DNA from: Patescibacteria group bacterium
GTDB lineage: Bacteria > Patescibacteriota > Patescibacteriia > JAXHNJ01
Reading direction: 5' to 3'
DNA length: 64,000 nt
Assembly: GCA_041649715.1 (NCBI GenBank)
Contig: JBAZMP010000001.1
Span: 515,153 to 579,152 of the forward strand
In this document: positions 50,671-57,817 of the stretch, one piece after another
How positions within the stretch are numbered: the stretch's first letter is position 1
Layout of the letters: each line of letters begins with the position of its first letter
Notes under the pieces: generated by a model
What the model was told of the DNA's origin: nothing
What the model saw: only the letters and a program-made list of their open reading frames with translations
Database searches by the model: none
Program-made: the position numbers and the translations under genes

Positions 50671-51060
50671 TTATTTCAGGACGATCACGGCCGAGAGGAT
50701 CCATTCCTCGTAGCCTTCGCCTTCCCCAGAACATCTGGTAAAGGCGACGATGGTCCCATTCTTCCCGTTGACCAGGGCGTAGACCACCGGATTATCGAGC
50801 TTCCCGTCATAGAGAAGACCGGCGCTGTCGTAGACTCGGACAGTGGAGCTGTCGTCGATGTACGAAGTTCCGTCGTAGAAAATCTCGATGGTTCTGGATC
50901 GCTCGTAGGCCGGCTTTTCCGACTTCATGGTAATCTCGCCGGTGCCACCCCAGATGTGCTTGTCGACTTTGATGTTGACCGGGGGCCCGGCGAAGCTGTT
51001 GCTGCCCGCGAACGGAAGCATGACCACGAGGATCATGATAACGAGCATGAACTTTTTCAC
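50671..51060 (-). CDS. Array ORF, secreted beta-rich protein (GTG start)
   Basis: AAGGAG RBS; signal peptide ending SFA. Confidence 0.65.
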   Translation of the reverse strand: MKKFMLVIMILVVMLPFAGSNSFAGPPVNIKVDKHIWGGTGEITMKSEKPAYERSRTIEIFYDGTSYIDDSSTVRVYDSAGLLYDGKLDNPVVYALVNGKNGTIVAFTRCSGEGEGYEEWILSAVIVLK

Positions 51061-51312
51061 GCTTGGCTCCTTTCGGTAAAACTGATCTTCTGCCATCTTA
51101 GGCTGGCAGACGCCCTTACTAGTCAAAGAACTCCCTCTTAAGCCAACCAGAGATGCCTGATTGACTTGAGAGAGAGGGACGTTTTTTAGGAAACGTCCCG
51201 CGTATTTCAGTTCACGGCCCGCCAGCCGGTGGTTTTTTAAGGTGGTGTCACATCTCCACCGGACTAGGCATGACTTATTCCACTCCCCTCTTTTATAAGA
51301 TATCAGCGACGG

Positions 51313-51753
51313 TCAGGCCTGACGCTTAATCCACCAAGCGGACAGGAAGAATACGATCGCAAATAGTCCGGAAATACACGCCAGAAATATGAATGAATAA
51401 CGCTCCCACCGGAATACCGCAATCAAGGAAATCAAACAGATAAACGCTTCGACTATCCCGAAGAGGCACTGCCGTGTCGGCAAATCTTGCTTGGCCTTGC
51501 TGAAAATGCCGGCAATCATCCCAAAGATTCCCAACAAGAAAAAGAGAATCGTCATGATGATGCCCAAGAAGGCAAAAAACAGCCACTCGAGAATGTCGCG
51601 CTCGACGTAGACGATCACGACACCTCCTCCGACGATTAGAACTCCAATCGTCAGAAGCCAGGGATCGAACCCAGGCATGTAGTGCAGGACCACGACGCCG
51701 CACGTGATCGCCACAATCCCGAGAACAAAGATAATGATGCTTTTCATCACCAA
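51313..51753 (-). CDS. Array ORF, membrane protein (paralog of 52873-53328)
   Basis: Shared GVVVL..M.GFDPWLL.IGVL...GG. Confidence 0.7.
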   Translation of the reverse strand: MVMKSIIIFVLGIVAITCGVVVLHYMPGFDPWLLTIGVLIVGGGVVIVYVERDILEWLFFAFLGIIMTILFFLLGIFGMIAGIFSKAKQDLPTRQCLFGIVEAFICLISLIAVFRWERYSFIFLACISGLFAIVFFLSAWWIKRQA

Positions 51754-51873
51754 CCTCCAGGTTTATAGCCTTTTTGATTCAAAGATCTAACTCTCTTAAG
51801 CCAACCAATGTTTGATTGACTTGAGAGAATGGAGGGACCCACGGGGTGGATCCCTCCGGAACGAACGTAGTGG

Positions 51874-52443
51874 CTAGGCCGCTGCCCCCACCTTCTGGCG
51901 CGCCTCCTGCGGATAGTAGACGCGCAGGTCCCGGCTGCCGATGTTGGCGAGATTCGCGATGTCAGCGCAGTGGTAAAAGCCCACAGCCCTGGCCGCAGTC
52001 CGGGAGAGAATGACGATCCGACCATCGGTCAGAGCGGCATCCATGAAGGCGGCACCGGCGGTCTTGAGCACGCAGCAGGTAAGCTCCTTGTCGCGGAGCT
52101 CGAGAACGCTGCCCGTGTGGACACCTTCGCCGTCGATCCAGCACACTTGCCCTTTGGGAAGCGGCGGGAACGGCACGGCGAGGAGCGCCTTCACCCTCGC
52201 GACGATCTGTTCGTCGGAAAGCCAGCCTTCCGGCTTAGGCGGCAACGTTCTGACGTTGCGGGCCTGCGGTTTCCCATCGAGGGCGTTGATCGGTTCGAAG
52301 ACGACCTCCTCCCCGATCTTCCAGTACTGCCGGCAGCTCGACGCGATGGCCCAGTTGGGCACATAGCGGTCGACGCCATTTTCGTCGGTGATGAAGGAAT
52401 ACACGGCGCCGATTGACTTGACCTTACCATTCATCTGAGACAT
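51874..52443 (-). CDS. Array ORF, cold-shock-like OB domain plus unknown C-terminal domain
   Basis: MNGKVKS..YSFITDENGVDRYV...GEEVVFE...GKPQARNVR. Confidence 0.7.
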   Translation of the reverse strand: MSQMNGKVKSIGAVYSFITDENGVDRYVPNWAIASSCRQYWKIGEEVVFEPINALDGKPQARNVRTLPPKPEGWLSDEQIVARVKALLAVPFPPLPKGQVCWIDGEGVHTGSVLELRDKELTCCVLKTAGAAFMDAALTDGRIVILSRTAARAVGFYHCADIANLANIGSRDLRVYYPQEARQKVGAAA

Positions 52444-52494
52444 GAGAGACCTCCTTTTCCGAAGCACCTTGGAACACTGTGACTTCTTTCTTGA

Positions 52495-52670
52495 GCCACC
52501 TCACTGGAGGTGAGGCTAAATTGGGAGCTTTCATTAGAAAATGAAAGGCCTGAAAGGATAATCGAGTGAATGACTTAGTAGACCAAGCCAGACGCTTAAA
52601 TTATCCTCAATCGATTGTCCCCGTTAGAAATTTATTTCTAATGGGATGTCTCACCCTCCATGGAGGTGGC
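52495..52670 (-). ncRNA. Structured RNA element, copy A (carries a 31-nt insertion)
   Basis: Near-identical to 55820-55964; long closing stem GCCACCUC/GAGGUGGC. Confidence 0.7.
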
Positions 52671-52872
52671 TAAGAAAAATTTTAGTCAAAGAACTCTCTC
52701 TTAAGCCAACCAATTTACTTGATTGACTTGAGAGAGAGGGACGTTTTTTAGGAAACGTCCCGCGTATTTCAGTTCACGGCCCGCCGGCCGGTGGTTTTTT
52801 AAGGTGGTGTCACATCTCCACCGAACTAGTCTTAGTCATTAACACCCCTCTTTTGCAGATTTTGGCGCCGGA

Positions 52873-53328
52873 TTATACCCGTGACATCCGGCGGTTGTTC
52901 CTCCTGCCGATGGTCAGGCAATACAGAGCGACCAGGGCGAAGGGCACTCCAAGGATGAAAATGATGGTATAGAGCGGGTGCCCCCAGTACAGAAGGCCGA
53001 CTGTGATGTCGTATAGGCCGATCAGACCATATGTCCAACTGAAGATTCGCCAATTGCTGTCCAGGAAGCGTCTGACTGGCCGCGACCAGGCGACCATTTT
53101 CTCCATGCCTTTCAAGAGGACATAGAGGATCGCGAAGATGATGCCGAGAAAGATAAAGAAATCCTCCTCAAGAACATCGCTCACAGCGTAAGTCAGGCTG
53201 ACACCACCGGCGATGCAGAGGACTCCGATCACCAGAAGCCAGGGATCGAACCCCGACATATGGCGCAGGACGACGACGCCGACCACGATCGCGATCATAC
53301 CCATAACGAACAGCATGTTGTTCCGCAT
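52873..53328 (-). CDS. Array ORF, membrane protein (paralog of 51313-51753)
   Basis: GGAGG RBS; GFDPWLL motif. Confidence 0.7.
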   Translation of the reverse strand: MRNNMLFVMGMIAIVVGVVVLRHMSGFDPWLLVIGVLCIAGGVSLTYAVSDVLEEDFFIFLGIIFAILYVLLKGMEKMVAWSRPVRRFLDSNWRIFSWTYGLIGLYDITVGLLYWGHPLYTIIFILGVPFALVALYCLTIGRRNNRRMSRV

Positions 53329-53631
53329 TACAAACCTCCATTAGAGTTAGATGACTAGTTTCGTTTGAAAAATCAAAGTGCTTTATCATTTTCTGAAAGC
53401 ACTAATCTATTAATGCTTTCGGAAAAGTCAGGGAGGCCGATGAAACGCATTTCATCAAAACCTCCCTGGATAGTTTTACCCATCTCGGGTCACCCCGGAT
53501 GGAACCCAGCCGCCCATTTGTTGGCCGGGGTTGAGGCTAGAGTGTTCGCAGGAGGCGAAGCACCCATAGCCCGTGATGGACCAGGTTTTTCACCTGTCCA
53601 CCTCCTTTCTTTTATGATTTAAAGAGCTTCG

Positions 53632-53781
53632 CTAGCTGATCACGATGCAGCAGGAAATCCCGAGAATCCCCAGCACCGTAGGCACAAAGCCAAGCGCCGG
53701 ATGGCCGGAATGCATAATCGCCTTCCCCGCGATAAAGCATAGCAGGGAAACGACGAGTAACGGGCCAAGGTGCTTTTTCAT
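53632..53781 (-). CDS. Array ORF, 49-aa two-TM peptide not in the ORF track
   Basis: GGAGG RBS then MKKHLGPLLVVSLLCFIAGKAIMHSGHPALGFVPTVLGILGISCCIVIS*. Confidence 0.6.
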   Translation of the reverse strand: MKKHLGPLLVVSLLCFIAGKAIMHSGHPALGFVPTVLGILGISCCIVIS

Positions 53782-53961
53782 TTCTTCCCTCCGAGTTCAA
53801 GACGTATAACGTATAAAGATCGTTCCTCTCTTGAAAGTCCTAAATCTTTAAGGCTTTTAAGAGAGGGCTCGGCAAAGAAGGTAGAACAAGTTGATGACCG
53901 AGCCTTTTAACGAGCGGATTTTGAGGTGGGATACCGGTTAGGGTGACCGGTGGCGGGAAAA

Positions 53962-54576
53962 TCAGGCAAAGACCATCATTCTTTGGCGGTATTCTATCCG
54001 AAGCATGAAGGCAACCACCAGAAGAGTCGTAACTGTCGCCCGAGTGGCATAGAGAACGGCTAGACTGTCGCCGTCAATCAGGGCCGGATAGAGGGCGATG
54101 AGCATTGCGATGCCCGTTCCGATCCAGACTGAGAACGGCTCGGTGTTTTTTGGCGACGTCCACAAATGCTGGAGGGTAGCGATGTAACCGATGACCACCA
54201 GCAGCTGAGTGAGAACGTTCGACCAGGAGGCCTGGCGGAACATCATCCAGAATAGGATGATTCCCGCGGCCGCAACAAGCGTGCCTTTCTGAAACCGGCT
54301 GAAAGCCAGCTTCAGTTCTCCGTCACGGTATCTCGTCCAGAGGACGAAGAAACAAATGACAGAGGTATTGAGAACGCCAGTCGCGTTGCCGACGTTGCCG
54401 GTCCAGCTGTGAACCGGCGAACGCATGTAGGTGATAAAACCGAGGATCATCGTCAAGCTGATAATAATCCAGGTCGCCGGCACAGGATGCTTGGCCCGGG
54501 TGTTAATCAGATAGCAGTATCTGATAGTCACACCGAACATGATCAAAGCGACGAGAATAACCGACAGTTCTCTCAT
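53962..54576 (-). CDS. Array ORF, 6-7 TM membrane protein
   Basis: GAGG RBS; P..ATW and TEPFSVW internal repeat reminiscent of PQ-loop-like proteins. Confidence 0.7.
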   Translation of the reverse strand: MRELSVILVALIMFGVTIRYCYLINTRAKHPVPATWIIISLTMILGFITYMRSPVHSWTGNVGNATGVLNTSVICFFVLWTRYRDGELKLAFSRFQKGTLVAAAGIILFWMMFRQASWSNVLTQLLVVIGYIATLQHLWTSPKNTEPFSVWIGTGIAMLIALYPALIDGDSLAVLYATRATVTTLLVVAFMLRIEYRQRMMVFA

Positions 54577-54805
54577 TTCACACCTCAACTTTTTTAATTC
54601 AATGTGCATTGAAATTCTGGTGGCGGCGAGGGAGTTTAACCCTACTTTTTCAAGTCCCGATCGCCTTGCTAGGCAGGACTTCTCATCCTCTTTTTGTCGG
54701 GACGCCGCCTTTTTCAAACTAATGAATCTTGATCATAAGCTTGAAAAAGGTGAAGAGTCAGATAGTCCGTACTAACTGACTCTTCGCGCGTAGGAACCCT
54801 TGGCT

Positions 54806-55054
54806 TCAGAGACTCAGTCTCTTTTTGCCCTTGTTGTAGCCGGCGACTTGCTTCATCGCCTTGATTTTCTCCAGGAACGAAAGCCGCGGGTCTTTCGGCA
54901 CCAGATCCGTGTTGCCGAGAACATAGATAACGGCCGAAAGAAAATCCTCCAACGTAATCTCGTAGTCGCCGAGATATACGACCTGAGGACCGAAACCATC
55001 GGTCTTAACCGATAGTCCCTCCGGCTTGCTTCCCTGATTTAGGATCAAACTCAT
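54806..55054 (-). CDS. Array ORF, small soluble hypothetical protein
   Basis: GGAGG RBS before MSLILN. Confidence 0.6.
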   Translation of the reverse strand: MSLILNQGSKPEGLSVKTDGFGPQVVYLGDYEITLEDFLSAVIYVLGNTDLVPKDPRLSFLEKIKAMKQVAGYNKGKKRLSL

Positions 55055-55190
55055 GATTTTCCTCCCTTCAGCATGTGTTATTCTGTCCGATGTAAGGTGC
55101 TCGCTTGAGCCAACCAAGGACAAGCTTTGATTGACTTAAGTGAGGGAGGGATCCAGGGGGATCCCTCCGTTGTTTTGGACTTTCGTCCGG

Positions 55191-55772
55191 TTAGAACGAG
55201 CAGATGAGCGCGAACCAGCGTTCATTGGTGTCCCCGAGTTTGAACGCGGCGCACAGTCTGGCCGAGCTGAAGGGCCCGACCTTGCCGAGTTCGACGAATG
55301 GGCCGACCCGCGGGTTCAGAGCCTCATCACCGTTCTTGGTGAGATGGCCGATCAGACCGACGGGGAAAGTTCCGCACGTGATCCATTCCCGAAGCAACAG
55401 GAAATTCGGCGCGCCGTGCTGTCCAAACTGCATCAGATCATAGCTCTGCCAGTGTATCGGACCGAAATCCAGGCCGAAGCTTGCGTCGAAGTTCACGTAC
55501 ATGACGCCGATCTTGTCGCCGCCGATATCGCCGAAGCTCAAGCCAGATCCGAACTGGAACGGACCGATCTTGGGTCCGACCGAGAAAGCGACCTCGGTCC
55601 CCGGCGTCGTCCAGATATTGCATCCGAGACGGGGAATGAAAAGAGAGTCTCTGCCCGCGCAACCGAACAGGTTGCCCGTCGGGTAGAACTCGACCGAGGC
55701 GTAGGAACCGGCCAAGCAGACCGCCGGAACCATGAGGATCAGGATAAGCGTGATGAGCATGAACGACTTCAT
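55191..55772 (-). CDS. Array ORF, secreted beta-strand-rich protein ending in Phe
   Basis: AAGGAGG RBS; signal peptide ending CLA; amphipathic strands. Confidence 0.65.
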   Translation of the reverse strand: MKSFMLITLILILMVPAVCLAGSYASVEFYPTGNLFGCAGRDSLFIPRLGCNIWTTPGTEVAFSVGPKIGPFQFGSGLSFGDIGGDKIGVMYVNFDASFGLDFGPIHWQSYDLMQFGQHGAPNFLLLREWITCGTFPVGLIGHLTKNGDEALNPRVGPFVELGKVGPFSSARLCAAFKLGDTNERWFALICSF

Positions 55773-55819
55773 CGCGAACCTCCTTAAGGCTACAGAGTTT
55801 GGGAACACCCTTCTTCTTC

Positions 55820-55964
55820 GCCACCTCACTGGAGGTGAGGCTAATATGGCAACTTCCACTAGAAAGTGAAAGGCCTGAAAGGATAATCGAGTGAATGACT
55901 TAGTAGACCAAGCCAGACGCTTAAATTATCCTCAATCGATTGTCTCACCCTCCATGGAGGTGGC
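55820..55964 (-). ncRNA. Structured RNA element, copy B (145 nt)
   Basis: Near-identical to copy A with a compensatory change in one hairpin. Confidence 0.7.
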
Positions 55965-56085
55965 GAAAAAATGTATAAATGTAAAGGACTTTTTTCTCGC
56001 TTGAGCCTGTCAATCTTTTGTTGGCAGACTCGAGTGAGGGGCCAAGACTTAGGAAGCTTGGCCCAGAAATCTTCTGGAACGAACG

Positions 56086-56430
56086 CTAGCCTCTAAACAC
56101 GTGGAAGTAAGCTTGGTTCACATCAGGAAGAAGCGCTCTGAACACGACTTCATCGTGACGGATGATCTGAATCGCCACAATGGAACAATTATCGATGTTC
56201 AGTATCACCTCTTCGCCTACGTCGACCCTTGGCAGACCGTCAGCCGGAATCACATATCCCTTGCCGTTAACCTTTAGGCTAAGGACGCTATGGAAGCCAG
56301 ACGAAGGCTCGTGCAAGTCCAAGCTTGCTTCTTCTACGACACCGCGTATGACCGTTTCTGTGACAGGTTCACGCTCTTCATACCCAATCTCGCCCATTCT
56401 GTAAACTCTAGTTACTTCCGATATCTTCAT
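56086..56430 (-). CDS. Array ORF, OB-fold-like hypothetical protein
   Basis: AAGGAG RBS before MKISEV. Confidence 0.6.
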   Translation of the reverse strand: MKISEVTRVYRMGEIGYEEREPVTETVIRGVVEEASLDLHEPSSGFHSVLSLKVNGKGYVIPADGLPRVDVGEEVILNIDNCSIVAIQIIRHDEVVFRALLPDVNQAYFHVFRG

Positions 56431-56553
56431 CGCCTGCTCCTTTATATAAAGATCTCCTTCCAAAGCACTAGTACTTTACTAATGCCTTCGAGAGAGAGGG
56501 CCAAGCCACGAAGGCTTGACCCGTATGTACGAACGGCGGAAACGCCGGTGTCG

Positions 56554-56781
56554 CTAGATATGCCTGGTAACAAAACGACCCACCAGAGCGATGACGAACC
56601 AGATCGCGAGACAGAAAACGACGTAACCGATCAAGGCGATCGCGATGGCCCCGTAAAAGGCCGGGATCACGATGAGCAAGCGCAGAATGTCGTTTCCGTT
56701 CACGAACTGGATCTTGAGGATCTGGGGGCCGAGAAGAGCGAATAGAATACAGATAATGGTAATCACGATAAACCACTTCAT
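56554..56781 (-). CDS. Array ORF, small membrane protein (first ORF of the array)
   Basis: GGAGG RBS; hydrophobic. Confidence 0.6.
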   Translation of the reverse strand: MKWFIVITIICILFALLGPQILKIQFVNGNDILRLLIVIPAFYGAIAIALIGYVVFCLAIWFVIALVGRFVTRHI

Positions 56782-57026
56782 TTCTGACCTCCGTTTTTTA
56801 TGACCTTCTCAAAGATCTCCTTCTAAGACACTAACCATTGGCTAATGTCCTTGAGAGAGAGGGCAACCATCCGACAGAGTCGTGGTTGCCCAGGCTATCA
56901 CTCATCATTCGCTATGCGATAACTTGATATGATAGAAGGAACGATATGAAAGAGCGAAATTATCGCCAGGTGAATATTTTCATTCATGAATCCACGGGGG
57001 ATTCAATATGAAGACGCTTGCTATTG

Positions 57027-57188
57027 TCAGGACAATCAAGCGGAGGTGAGATTAAAAGTGGTATCTTCTCAAGCTTTCGCAAAGAGAAGGCCTAAAGGCG
57101 AAGCGCTTGGAGAGGTCGAGTGAAACCCAACCTCGCAAGCCTCTACGCCCAAATAATATCTTTCTCACCCTCCCCTTGACTGTTCTGA
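57027..57188 (-). ncRNA. Structured RNA element, diverged copy C
   Basis: Shares ggaggtgag, aaggcct(g)aaagg, tcgagtgaa, caagcc, acgc and ctcaccctcc in the same order as copies A and B. Confidence 0.6.
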
Positions 57189-57503
57189 AATATTTTTATT
57201 TTGTCGAAGGACTGATGCGGGAGAAGAGGAGGCACTAAGGCCTCCTCCCCTACCGTCTGCTCTGTAAGATCTTACAGAGGAAGTTGGAAGCTAAATTTTC
57301 ATTACCGACCAACTTCCTCTTTACGATCCTTACGAAAAAAGACCCTTCCACATTTGAGAGAGTCTATTCAATCGATTTATAAACAAAACATATGTCTATA
57401 AATCACCGATTCAAAAAATCGGTACTCTCTCCTCATATTAAGTTGTCAAAGTCTCCTCTCCTTTAAGACCTTGTTCTCTCTCCTATTTCTAGCTTGACAC
57501 CTC

Positions 57504-57532
57504 ACTATATAGGGGGGTGGTTTTCTTGTCAA
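57504..57532 (-). promoter_or_regulatory. sigma70 promoter at the head of the array
   Basis: TTGACA-17-TATAGT pointing into the array. Confidence 0.7.
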
Positions 57533-57817
57533 GGGGGGTTATCCCCACCTCTGGCAATTTTGACCTAATCTTAGGTAAAATTAATTCTAAAAAATATCCT
57601 TAAATATTAATTTTTGACGGTTTTTGACCTATTTTTTGCCGCAAAAAAAACAGCCATTTTTAGCCTTTTGTGGATAACTGGCAAAACTCAAACAAACGGG
57701 AGTTTTGCCACCCTGAGCGAAGTCTCGCTAAGCGGGACAAGCGAAGGGTCTTACATTAAAATATATTGCCCCGTGTTTGCGAATGGATCCCGAATAAGAC
57801 AGAGAGTCTAGTCGATT

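Larger units (their letters stand above)
47024..56891 (-). repeat. Array of 17 tripartite junction repeats (hairpin + conserved imperfect palindrome + boxA-like motif) separating small-ORF cassettes
   Basis: Copies start at about 47024, 47812, 48370, 48961, 49677, 50169, 50577, 51122, 51779, 52686, 53372, 53814, 54597, 55092, 55980, 56446 and 56810; + strand core ctcKcttRagcc...gactYgagWga. Confidence 0.88.

Noticed and set aside
53612-53800. ORF-track 62-aa protein MNSEGR...
   Set aside because: The GGAGG RBS fits the overlapping frame 53632-53781, which gives a coherent two-TM peptide
48964-55787. Long + strand ORFs in the array (e.g. 48964-49509, 50665-51141, 55140-55787)
   Set aside because: Antisense shadows of GC-rich minus-strand genes; no convincing RBS and several run through junction repeats
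47024-56891. CRISPR array
   Set aside because: Repeats are degenerate, the intervening segments are hundreds of bases long and encode ORFs, and no cas genes are in the window
47024-56891. Classical integron attC cassettes
   Set aside because: No RYYYAAC/GTTRRRY core boxes at the palindrome ends and no adjacent IntI; only the overall organisation is similar
47024-56891. Prophage or plasmid
   Set aside because: No structural, terminase, replication or integrase genes among the ORFs; a phage early-gene origin of the cargo is not excluded
47075-56891. Junction hairpins as ordinary intrinsic terminators
   Set aside because: They are mostly followed by CUCUC/CUCAC and a second stem rather than a U-tract, unlike the terminators at 4.7-15.9 kb
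57110-57145. c-di-AMP riboswitch (aacctcgcaagc resemblance)
   Set aside because: On the opposite strand to the array and the other conserved ydaO motifs are missing
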